A stretch of DNA of 64,000 nucleotides from Laetmonice hystrix. Taxonomy: Eukaryota. A model generated the notes under the pieces. That model saw only the letters and a list, made by a program, of their open reading frames with translations. It ran no database searches and was not told where the DNA came from. This document shows, in pieces, positions 51,001-62,100 of this stretch (positions are counted from its first letter, which is position 1; every line of letters starts with the position of its first letter). The position numbers and the translations under genes were made by a program. The DNA is taken from the NCBI GenBank assembly GCA_965235115.1, contig OZ249436.1, positions 36,520,001 through 36,584,000 on the forward strand. Direction: 5' to 3'.

Positions 51001-54000
51001 ATAACCTGAGGATGGAGGAATGCAGTGTGGCCCATTATGGCGAGGTTGTAGAGATGAGGAAAGATTCAAGGATAACCTAAGGATGGAGGAATGCAGTGTG
51101 GCCCATTATGGCGAGGTTGTAGAGATGAGGAGAGATTCAAGGATAACCTGAGGATGGAGGAATGCAGTGTGGCCCATTATGGCGAGGTTGTAGAGATGAG
51201 GAAAGATTCAAGGATAACCTAAGGATGGAGGAATGCAGTGTGGCCCACTATGGCGAGGTTGTAGAGATGAGGAAAGATTCAAGGATAATCTGAGGATGGA
51301 GAAATGCAGTGTCGCCCATTATGGCGAGGTTGTAGTGATGAGGTAAGATAAAAGTGTCTGGGAGATAGCGCTATGTCCCAGTCGATCGCCTTTGGCTCAG
51401 ATTGACGATAGTTTACCATAGTGCACGGAGCACTCTGAGGCTCCTTTCGAATTCTCCCAAGCCGCTTTTATGAGCACTTGCTAAGTTGCTAATGTGGATG
51501 GGACAATCCCTCAATATACCGCGGTGCAAAGATTATCCACTCTAAAATGTTGCAACCAGACACAGTAAGTGGGGTTTCAGGATAGAGAGACTTTCATTAT
51601 TTAGCGAAGCTTTAAGCTGATGCTAATCTGGACTAACATTGCCAAACAATGCTTTACAGACATCTGACAAATACACGTGTGCCTGGACTGACAAGGCAGA
51701 TCGTGAGATCCTTTCATCTACAGACTTGCCTTGATTGTGTCATTAACGGTCAGCAGGGAGTAGCAGATAGATAGAAAGGACTCTGCCGTCGTGTCCCAAC
51801 AGTTATCCACAAGGATCTCTTCCGAAGATGGATATCGTGTCTGGATCTATCTAGCTATAACATGTGTCGATGGGGCTTTGGTAAGAGTGCTTGGTGGGAT
51901 GGGGTCACAGTGCTAGCTCCCTGGGTTGTGACCTGTGTACAGTGTTTTTGTGGAGTCAGCTAGCAACCTAGCAGGGGAATTATAGAAGGTTTATGTTACC
52001 GGGTGTGTTGGTTTAGCACTGCAGCAGCCCGGAGAATACATACGTGCAGCTTTAATATTTAAAGTCGTATGCACGTTCACAATGAGCACACCTCACACAA
52101 TGCAATCAATAAACAACCACACACACATTTTTGCAGGTTGAAAGATGTTATTTTCATACTGAAATTCGGAAATCGCGGTAGATGGATGGAATGCCGAGCA
52201 ATGCTTGGTTGCCGGGGAGTGGAGCATAGGGCAAGATGGTCATCTGTCATGGTTTTGTGGGTGGGTGGGTATTTGGGGTTTTACGCCTTGCAACAGCCAG
52301 GGTCATATCACGGCGGTGAAGATGAGATGAAAGTCAGTTTTTCTTGGTGGAGGAAACCGGAGTACCCGGAGGAAACCACCGACCTTCGGGAAGGAACTGA
52401 CTGACAAACCTTTCACACATGCAGCCCAGGCCGGGAATCGAACCCGGGTCGCAGCGGTGTGAGGCGATGGTCCTAGGTGTCATGATGGCGGCCGACACCT
52501 TAGACCACTCGGCCACCCGAGGCCCCCCATGGTTTTGTGGGAGAAGGATTGATGGACAGGGAAAGGAATAACGGGGTTGATGCATCGGACGGTGATCATG
52601 CAGCAGTCGGACCACGGTATGGCCAGCGAGACGGTATCATTCATCAGGGTGTCTCGAGACAACCCTGTACTTGGTCAAGGCTGGGATCAGTGTCCCATGT
52701 TTCTGTAGACAACCCTGTACTTGGCCAAGGCTGGGATCAGTGTCCCATGTTTCTGTAGACAACCCTGTACTTGGTCAAGGCTGGGATCAGTGTCCCATGT
52801 TTCTGTAGACAACCCTGTACTTGGTCAAGGCTGGGATCAGTGTCCCATGTTTCTGTAGACAACCCTGTACTTGGTCAAGGCTGGGATCAGTGTCCCATGT
52901 TTCTGTAGACAACCCTGTACTTGGTCAAGGCTGGGATCAGTGTCCCATGTTTCTGTAGACAACCCTGTACTTGGTCAAGGCTGGGATCAGTGTCCCATGT
53001 TTCTGTAGACAACCCTGTACTTGGTCAAGGCTGGGATCAGTGTCCCATGTTTCTGTAGACAACCCTGTACTTGGCCAAGGCTGGGATCAGTGTCCCATGT
53101 TTCGGTAGACAACCCTGTACTTGTCAAGGCTGGGATCAGTGTCCCATGTTTCGGTAGACAACCCTGTACTTGGCCAAGGCTGGGATCAGTGTCCCATGTT
53201 TCGGTAGACAACCCTGTACTTGGTCAAGGCTGGAATCAGTGTCCCATGTTTCGGTGAGAAAAGTCGGGGCGGGTAGTACTCTCCGTTTGGTTCATATCAC
53301 GGTCGGTTAGAGTGCTATCCAAACTGTAGCCTGGGGTTTATATGAAGGCACCCGTTAATCATCGCAAGTACTGCACTTCGGAGGTTGACATTTCATATTG
53401 ATGATGAACAGATATTACGTATTAAATGCGTAAGTATTCATCATGCTAAGGGCTTTGCGGAAGTGTTTGGACAACAACATTTGTACAAGTAGTCATAAGC
53501 AGTGTAAAGGATTAAGGCTCTTGAGTGAATCCGGCCTTCTAGTTAGCTAACTTGCTCAGCCCCCTTTTCCCCCCAAATGGGTGCTTATCTCAGAAAATAT
53601 TGACACCACCAAACGAGCATCGTACAATGTGAGATCAGAACTGCTACATGGTGTGGGTTGGTAATCAGAGGTAGAATTCGGTTCCAACCATGGGGGACGG
53701 TGGTCGGATAAAGGGATCAGCACGAGGTGACCTGTGTAGGTGTGCCGGGGTTACTGGAGGAGATATAGCCAGCCCTGGTTTAGTCGGCATGATGGAGGAG
53801 ACAAGGGGCAGATGTGGATGGGGTTAGAGCAACCCGGGTCATCTCATGTGTCATATGGCCAGCACCCGTCCGTTCGCCACAACCCAGGAGAGATGTGGCA
53901 CGCCGACCACCGACTGTAGCTCGGGCCGGCCTGTGTCTGTTGTAATATCGTAGTGGCGGTTGTAGCTCGGCCTTGCTCCCGCTCCCGGCGGATGACACTA

Positions 54001-57000
54001 CCCCCTACACTGCCAACCAGACTAGGGTTACATGCCTCACCAGGAGGCGACCACTTGAACATACCAATAAGGGGAACCCGAGGACCAAGTCAGACAGTCG
54101 TGCTAGTGCTAGAAATTCTCGATGCGCAATAGTTTGAGAACCAAGAAGGTGGTAGCTTGAGAACTTGGCGGGTGTTATCAGCACCTGCATTAGATGTTTA
54201 TAGAATTGAAAAAATATTGCAAAGCACGCGTTGAGAAACTCAGACATAAGTGTAAAAAAAACACAAAACAACATTGAAATTGAAATTGAAATTAAACTGA
54301 CAGAATTAATGATCTGTGCTTTTCGTTGTATTGTATCTCAAGCTTGCTTGTTTTAAACTCCTTTATAAAGATTTAGAAATCTTTCATGTATCAATGATAA
54401 GAACCGTATTACATTCTGGGAACTGGTTTGACTTCTATGGTTGTAGTGTAATCATTCTTATTAATGTAGAAATATACAATATACCTACAGGTGTATGTAC
54501 TTCAAAATCTGATTAGTGGAGAAAAATACAGGAAACGCAAGACTATCAGAAAGCACTTCTCTTGAAACTAGTAGCTGAAATCTAAAGCTATTTAACCATT
54601 TTCCTAATTATGGCTTTCACAGACTTTTATTTTTGTATTTCAGCTTGGTTTCGTATTAGCATTGTCGTTCGTTTTTGTGGAAGAATTTAATTATACGTCA
54701 TCAAATTTCTGTCGCGCGTCCCCAGTGCATTGATTGCTGGCACATTTTGTAATAGAGTTGTGAGTCGCTGTGGCGTGCGCAATTTAATTTCACCGAATTA
54801 AAACATTGGAAGATTGGACTCGTACTGAGAACGGAGGTATTCATTTTCCGCATCAGTCGTTTGAGTGACATTAGCCTGCTTCTGGAAACAGCACTAGATA
54901 CTCTTAGTCATGTGTACTCTGTGTGCTACAAGTAGCTGGACATTTCTTTCTGGTTTATGTTTACATGTTGAAAATGAGCAGGATTGGATTTTTGTGAAGT
55001 CTTCTCTTACAGCAGAAATAATTGGGAGGTGGTGCTGCATGGGCAGGGTTCAGAAATAGGGACATGGTTTTTTTTCTACTACCCGACACCGTCTTGGCAG
55101 ATTCGTCGCCGTAGTATTAGCGCGTGGTGGCCTTGGCACGAGACTGTCAGCCCCTCACACACCCCTGTACCATGTCCACGGCGCCTGCCGCTCAGGTGGT
55201 GGCCCCCACCATCGCCACCACCACCACCGTCTCGGGAGACGATGGACTACCAGAGATACCTCTACTTAATCCAATGATTTCATCAAGGCGGGATCCTCCT
55301 ACAGGGTTCTCACCAGACGTTTTTAATTACTCCTTGCATGTAGTTCAGGTCTTGTCAAACTCGGTGGAGGGATTGTATAACTGAAAGGGGATTCGTCTAA
55401 GTCAGATATTATAAAACTTGATGATAAAAGGATTATTTGATCTGAAAGAATATTAAAGGGGGGGGGGTCGATTAGCTTTTAAGCCTGCTTTGCCTCTTGG
55501 GGTTTCAGGCAGAAGCTCTTGAGTGATCGTTTTAGTTGAGATGGGCAGGTTTATTAGGTTAACATTAGGTATGACAATACATGAGCAGTTGTTATCTCTT
55601 CATGACTTTTAGTAAAGCATTTCTGATGACTCAAATTTTAGCATCTTAGTGTTGAGGTAGGTATAGTGAAAAATTTAAGATCCGGCTGTTGTGGCGTTGT
55701 TGGAATATAAGGTTAAAGTATTCAGGAGGCTTGTTAATTTGATGGCGAAGAAGCTGAAAACATTAGATTTACTAATCAAATTGTCGGCTTCACAAGCCTA
55801 TTAGAACTTGACTTTATGGTCCTATTACTTCAAATCGGCGATAGTCTATCCAATTATATTATGATTAATAATCTGTTTTTACAAAAGTTACAAGCGAGAT
55901 TGGCGACAATATGAGAACAATTAACAGACATCCCTTGTAATTGTTGATGCACACCGTCACGTGTATTTCGAAGTTTATTTCTTATTATAACCCCATTACA
56001 CATAGGGCCCATACTTTCTGCCTTAGAACGTGATTTTACTGAAATGTGCAGTGTTCCATTTTTATCAACTTTCTTAATACAAAATTAATAGAGAAGCTAT
56101 ATGGAACCAGCGAGACTAGTCTCTGGTGCGTGTCTAAACTCGTTACTGACCCAACGGTAGATGTAGTTCCCTGGACGTGACCAAGAGTTCAAATTATGAA
56201 CGTTTTACGGAACCTTGGCGGGAACCCTGCATTTGTAGGGAGCCTGTAGATGGAATGTGGGCGTGATGGGGCGATGAAGCTCAGGGGACCGGTCCGGGAC
56301 CTGGAGCATGTTCTTATGAAGGCAGGCTTGTGGAAACATGACAGGATTGAGGACTGAGTAGGGCTGCACCTGTCTAGTAAAGACCAGTGTTCGTGTTAGC
56401 ACGGGTAAACCACCTACAGAAGGGAGCACAGATGAGTTGCTTCTGGCCGAGATGAGCCTCTTGGGTAAATCTCCTATTGTCAATCGACCATGTAAAAGAA
56501 GCAACAGAGGTGGTACTCGAACGTGTTCGTCTCATTCATGTTTGATATCTGGCCAATGTGAGGCGAGGCCGCGTGTACATGTCTGGTAAGATTACTCTGG
56601 CTTTGGCTGTATACTGTTTTCTCTGCCAGAATCGGGACTAGCTGTGATACCAAGTCTGCCAGGATCAAACCAGGCTGTACACTGCCATGTCTGCCATTAT
56701 CAAGCCAGGCTGTACTGTCATGTCTGTCAGGATCAAACCAGGCTGTACTGTCATGTCTGTCAGGATCAAACCAGGCTGTACTGTCATGTCTGTCAGGATC
56801 AAACCAGGCTGTACTGCCACGTCTGCCAGGATCAAACCAGGTTGTACTGTCATGTCTGTCAGGATCAAACCAGGCTGTACTGCCATGTCTGGCAGGATCA
56901 AACCAGGCTGTACTGCCATGTCTGTCAGGATCAAACCAGGCTGTACTGCCATGTCTGCCAGCATCAAACCAGGCTGTACTGCCATGTCTGCCAGGATCAA

Positions 57001-59176
57001 ACCAGGCTGTACACTGTCATGTCTGTCAGGATCAAACCAGGTTGTACTGTCATGTCTGCCAGGATCAAACCAGGCTGTACTGCCACGTCTGCCAGGATCA
57101 AACCAGGCTGTACTGCCACGTCTGTCAGGATCAAACCAGACTGTACTGCCATGCCTGCCAGGTACAACAAGCCTTTTGTAATATTATTTATAGACATATT
57201 TATGCACCCAACTTTCCAAAGGTAACGTGCACAATAATGTTTGTCTTGACAAAATCACAGTGCTCGTTAAGTTTATGTTCAGCCAGCATAGATTGTAAAA
57301 TTTTGTAGAAGCGGCGTTGGTTGGTGCGTAAAGAATCCTCAACAACTTGCCTGAAGAAAGTTGTAACATGAGGTCTTAGACCAACTGAGTCTAAATATGC
57401 TGATTGGAAAGGATTACGTAATACAGTATCTAGCGTCCAATTAATTCAGCTTCCCGTATCAGATTCATAACGTATCTCTGGTGTCCTGTTTGACCTTGTA
57501 TCTGATCTGAGCAGAGCTGCACGGTTTGCTGAGCCAGCTGCCTCGATCCAGACCAAGCCTCCTCATTGGTCACCCCAGTCCGTTTTACTCCAGTGTGAAA
57601 CTCCAGAGGGTCTCCAAATACGTCCAGCGTCATTTGATCGCCTTGACGTACAGGAGCAATGTCTTGTTCAGTAGACATCGAGAGAGGGTTGGTGCAGGGG
57701 AAAGTTACATATTCACTGTCTGCTCCTTGGGATTCACGCCATTGCCCGCTGAAGTTGAGTGGTTGCAATGCTGAAGTTGAGTGGTTGCAATTATGGAGGG
57801 TTCGTTCAGTAACTCGACCCCAAGCCGGTCTGCATTTGGTTTCTTGGAGGTCCAAATGTTGACGCACAATGGCCGCCTTAGAGCGGGCACGTGCCCTTAG
57901 AAACATAGGGGGCTACCTTCATAGATAGACTATCTAATTAGATTGCCTAGAGCACCCTTGTGTCTTGGAACTGTGTCGATGAACACACAGATCAGTTATC
58001 TCTGATAAGAATCAACTGATATATATCTAAGTGCAGAAAACGGCATTCATTGCGAACAGACTCTAACATCAATTTATGGTCGGAATGCAGATGGGATCAA
58101 AGGGATCTCCTTTTTCCTCCTGCCGATATTGATACAGTTTTATGAGTACCGTAGTCTCGTTGGTACAACCCAAAGGACCTAAGCCATGACCTACAATTAC
58201 AACTGACCACAATGTCTTTATTGTTGGGCTTGTGTGTTTTAGTTCGCATGATGGAAACTTTTAAAAGCCGTTCAGTTAAAACCACTGATATCATTTCAAC
58301 CCTCTTATGCCGGCAGGTTGATGGACTTTCAACATGATACAGTAGTCCCCATGACAGGTTTCAACATGATACAGTAGTCCCCATGACAGGTTTCAACATG
58401 AGACAGTAGTCCCCATGACAGGTCCCCATGCCAGGTTTCAAGAGCAACTCATCCTACATTCCAAAACCTGATCGACTTAACATTCAAAATTAGTCCCCAT
58501 GACAGGTTTCAACATGAGACAGTAGTCCCCATGACAGGTCCCCATGCCAGGTTTCAAGAGCAAATCATCCTGCATTCCAAAACCTGATCGACTTGACATT
58601 CAAAATTAGGCGAAGCATGTTGAGAAGAATTTATATCTTTCCCTACATCCACAACATTACAGAAACACATGACATGGCCACCAACTAAATATTTCGATGA
58701 TATACGTTACAGTTTAAACCTGGTAAATGGTGATTGGTTGTCAACGTGTATGGGGAATGTGTGATAGTTCATGATGAGGCCAGTTACTGAGGCAGTTTGT
58801 TCAGGGATAAAACGAGCACATAACAATCATTTATTGTTGTGACTCAGTAATCTCTGTCTGCCTTTCTGTATGTTCAAACTTGCAGGAGTCAAACTAATAA
58901 TATGTTCCTATGTACTGTGTTATTTAGATTTAGTAAAGATTATATTTATCTGGAAGGATCACCAGTGGCCGTTAGTTTTGATATTTTGTGTTCAAGGTTT
59001 ATGGATGACAGTTAATTTATCATGCAGATTATGGATAACATTAGACTAATAGAACTTTGTATTGTTTTGTTTTACAGATTATGGATGACATTTATCATCT
59101 GCGACATCACCATGTGTCCAAACGGTCCATCCACCCTAGCCCACAACATCATGAAACATTAGCCCAAGAACCTCAG
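38946..59176 (+). CDS. FURIN: Furin-like proprotein convertase (subtilisin/kexin family), 5' part; exons 38946-39098 and 59078-59176; gene continues past the window end
   Basis: Spliced translation MKHLLTLILCVLWFERCYAVVYTDTWAVHMEGGEERAKRLADKHGFGYLGK|IMDDIYHLRHHHVSKRSIHPSPQHHETLAQEPQ is a signal peptide plus S8 prodomain. It aligns by eye with human furin (FTNTWAV..GG...ARKHGFLNLGQIFGDYYHFWHRGVTKRS...REPQ) and lacks the extra residues of PCSK5/6 after LGQI. Confidence 0.9.
39477..40013. mobile_element. Non-autonomous DNA transposon (MITE) with TTAA target duplication, Kolobok-like termini
   Basis: TTAA|AGGTATTATGTCA...TGACATATTTCCT|TTAA (11/13 terminal inverted repeat match); lies in furin intron 1. 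Confidence 0.7.
48960..49375 (-). mobile_element. Decayed 3' fragment of a non-LTR retrotransposon (CR1/L2-group ORF2 C-terminus)
   Basis: KKLQKRIIRIITCSPYWAHTFKLFKQNRLLDIYEIHEYVTAIFM matches the typical post-RT motif LQKRAIRII...AHT.PLF...LL. It is followed by frameshifted remnants (VH..TRQ, IPNPLRASQSVDSFK). Confidence 0.8.
50423..51343. repeat. Minisatellite, 71-bp unit, 13 copies
   Basis: Unit AGATTCAAGGATAACCTAAGGATGGAGGAATGCAGTGTGGCCCATTATGGCGAGGTTGTAGAGATGAGGAA. Confidence 0.97.
52262..52527 (-). mobile_element. Full-length tRNA-derived SINE with V-type central domain
   Basis: Minus strand shows A box TGGCCGAGTGG, B box GGTTCGATTCC, the central motif GGTGGTTTCCTCCGGGTACTCCGGTTTCCTCCACC (V-SINE-like) and an (ACCC)n tail. 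A 14-bp TSD CATGGTTTTGTGGG is at 52248-52261 and 52528-52541. Confidence 0.92.
52657..53255. repeat. Minisatellite, 50-bp unit, 12 copies
   Basis: Unit AGACAACCCTGTACTTGGTCAAGGCTGGGATCAGTGTCCCATGTTTCTGT. Confidence 0.97.
56654..57162. repeat. Minisatellite, 33-bp unit, ~15 copies
   Basis: Unit GTCTGCCAGGATCAAACCAGGCTGTACTGCCAT; produces stop-free repetitive ORFs on both strands. Confidence 0.96.
58328..58608. repeat. Compound repeat: 31-bp tandem unit nested in a ~115-bp tandem duplication
   Basis: TTTCAACATGATACAGTAGTCCCCATGACAGG occurs three times; the block TAGTCCCCATGACAGG...ACATTCAAAATTAG occurs twice. Confidence 0.85.
59078..59176 (+). CDS. FURIN: Furin coding exon 2: prodomain with internal KR cleavage site
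   Basis: 99 bp, ttgttttgttttacag acceptor, CAG|GTGAGA donor, phase 0 to 0; YHLRHHHVSKRS...EPQ. Confidence 0.92.
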
Positions 59177-62100
59177 GTGAGATCGCTTAAATAAATCTAT
59201 CGGTACATAATTTGTGTTCGTTCTCAGGTAGGACATGTTTTGAAGGTCATGGTCAGTTTTGATGTCTAAGGATCTGGTACACAAGAAAGGTTGCAAGCAA
59301 TTATCAAGCTGATATTATGTGTATTCAAATCATAGGTAGAAATGTCCTTTCATCGCCAACCTTCTTGTAACCTTTGTAATCAAAAGGTTAATTTCTAGTC
59401 CCAAAGAAATAAGAGGACAGGAATAAAGAAGTAATTAACAGATTCTGTAAGCTGGGATTCTTCTGTTGACTTTAATTAACCTTACTAAATTTGTTTTTAT
59501 AGCCAGAGCAGTGAGAACAAGTTGACTGCCCAGACTTGGCACGGCGTTTAGTGTCCTTTCTCTAAGAGCTCCTTGCTGCTCCAAACCTTGCCGTATCACT
59601 CATTATTTTTTCAGATGAAGCACTTTCCTCCCGTGAGATAAGATCTTGTCCAAAGCGTCCTCTTAAGGGGCCAAATATATAATCCGTTTGATGTTGTACT
59701 GTATCAGCCAGGGGAGTCATTATAGAACCCAAGCGCACACCTCGCACACACTTAAGAGTTCCTCAGTATGAATGTTTTTAGGTAAGTTACGTGACAGCTT
59801 GGTGCCTGACTGAGCGCGGGTGCAGGGAGGGAAAGAGAAGTCCGATGTATGGCTACTTTGGTAGTGAATGATCCTAGCCGCTTGAGACTGAGAACAGGTG
59901 AGGCCCGACCCTAGCCCTGCCATTAAACTGCTGCCAGCTATTTAGTAAACATCAGGTGCTATTAGCACAGTGGTATTACTGAAGGATATACCGACCGGGC
60001 TGGGCAACAAACACATATTTCTTGTAGGTTGTTTCTGGGCCTAGATCTCTGGTTCAGGAAGAAAGGTTGTCTTCAGAAACAGGCAGTTGGGCAATGGAAC
60101 ATTGACTTGTTCAAGTCCAACAGGTACCAAACCGGCATATGAAAGGCCTACGGGGATTTGGCCTAAGATTGGGGAACATTTTGAAATGTCTCTTCAAAGC
60201 GTCTGTTTCTCAAGCTGACGCCTAGTAAGCCGCAGGGAGTTTAGTTTAGTCCATTGTTCGAAGTTTGAGTTAATAGTCCTAGAAGAAAAGTAATACAATT
60301 TAAAATGTTTAGATTTCAGTGCAGAAGTCTTTAGTTGTGAAAGCCTTATGCAATGAAATGTAGGATGTTTTGGTAAAAATGACGCAGATGGTCTGTCCGT
60401 TTGCAAGTGTTAGTACGGGTAATACCACTGCTTGAAACTAGTTTCTCGAGTGACCCTTGTGTCATCAGTCAGCCCACACCCTTAAGACAGGTCACTTAGA
60501 AAAAATGTGGCGAATTTAACTGGTAAGGGTTTGGGTGTGGCCCCGAAAAATGCCTTGGACAGAGATACGAGATGGGGTGGGGTCGATGCCTTGGTAGTCC
60601 GTCTGGTATTGATTTGTTTAATGCTTCCTGAATTATCGTTTTCAACCGAAGTTGTTTTGATACAAGAACCAAGGCCAGCTGAGATCAGAGCAGGATGTAA
60701 GTAACAGCAGAACGGTATGTCCGCCTGACGCACGCCAAGTGTACTGCTCGTTATGGTCTGGGCCATGGTGCTGTCATCCCTTTGTCTCCGCCATAGCAAT
60801 TATCCTGCTAGTCACTATGGCAGGCTATTATTGCCATGTCCTCATTGGTTCTCGGGATTATGAACTTGGTTCCTTATCTGAAAGAACTTAGAATTGGCAA
60901 ATGCAATCAAGGATTTAGAATGGGATGATTAAAGTTATATGTAGAATCAATAAAGTATAATGCTGCCATTAGACAAAATAAATGTCATTGGGATTGATGA
61001 AATGGAAGGAATAGGCTTGGAGAAAAAAGTTCTTTAATCATTTTTGACTGTGTGGCACTAAGGTAACAATTCCTACCAGTCAAGCGTGCTATAGTATGAA
61101 ACGCAAGAACTGAGGAAGCTTTATTTTTCGTTCTGGTTAAGTAGACTTCAAACTACAGTAGGCATACTTTGAAAGGGCAATTTTATTTTTCATTGTGAAA
61201 AAAGAAGTGTGTAGCCTGAGTGGTTTGGTAAACTTGACCAGATTTATAGGATCGAATCCAGACACGGTATCAAAAGAACAGTTTCAAGGACCTTAAAGAA
61301 AAAAGTACCAGTTAGGATTCGATGTAAACCAACTGTTTTACAGGCAGTACAAACTCAAACGATGTCAATTGCTTGATACAGTTCAGACATGGTAAAACAA
61401 ACAAGAAATTAGACTTAAAAGAACCTTATGTAGTTTGCACCTCGGCATCCGGTCTAAAGGGAAAGCGCGTGGAAAAGAAATTGGGCTAAACACTACATAT
61501 GGTTTCAATAAGCGTCAGTTTTTAGTTGAAACAATAGGATAGTTGATCTTGGGGAAAGAAAGATAGGAAGTGACCCAAAATACATAGGAAGATAATACTG
61601 CTAATCAAAGAAAAAAAGTGGTTTTATTGAGAAGAATGGTATGTAGAAAGGGCAAAAAAAATGGACACGTTTCGGATGGCAGCTGCCGGTGTTTTACTCT
61701 GTGTGCCCGAGCCATTGTTTTGTAGGTTTTGCGCTACGTGACTATTTTTTTTGATGGAAAGGATTGAAGTGGTACACGTGACGACCTATTGGCGGCCTGT
61801 TTGTACGGGTGTACTGTGTACAGGGGGTGTGGTCAATTTGTACCGTTCGCCGCGGCCTCTCGTCTGCTGTGGGCAGAGGGACGCCCCCAGTGATGCCAAC
61901 TCTCACCGCTAGGAGAGCTTGCTCCTCAAGGCGCCGGGTCTAAGTGTGACGGATTCTAACAACCGGCCGTGTCTCATTGAGGAGCTCGACCAATCAGGCT
62001 GCGTTTCCTCGCCTACCTGAAGCAGCATTTCACAAGAGATTTAGCACAGACTGGCTGGAATTGTGAACCTGTCGCTGGTCCTTACCTGCTCCAAGATTCA

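Noticed and set aside
50423..53255. Regularly spaced repeats considered as CRISPR arrays
   Set aside because: Units are contiguous and near-identical with no unique spacers; no cas genes; eukaryotic intron.
55102..55270. Frame reading FVAVVLARGGLGTRL, similar to the nucleotidyltransferase LAGGxGTRL motif, after a plausible acceptor
   Set aside because: The motif has an extra residue, no PK motif follows, the frame stops soon after, and no other exons were found; probably chance.
56644..57225. 193-aa ORF with repeated CHVC (CxxC) motifs resembling a zinc-finger or metal-binding protein
   Set aside because: It is the translation of a 33-bp minisatellite that is stop-free in several frames on both strands; there is no ATG start or exon context.
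61208..61270. TAGCCTGAGTGG...GGATCGAATCC as a tRNA or SINE
   Set aside because: Only degenerate A/B boxes, with no cloverleaf, body, tail or TSD.
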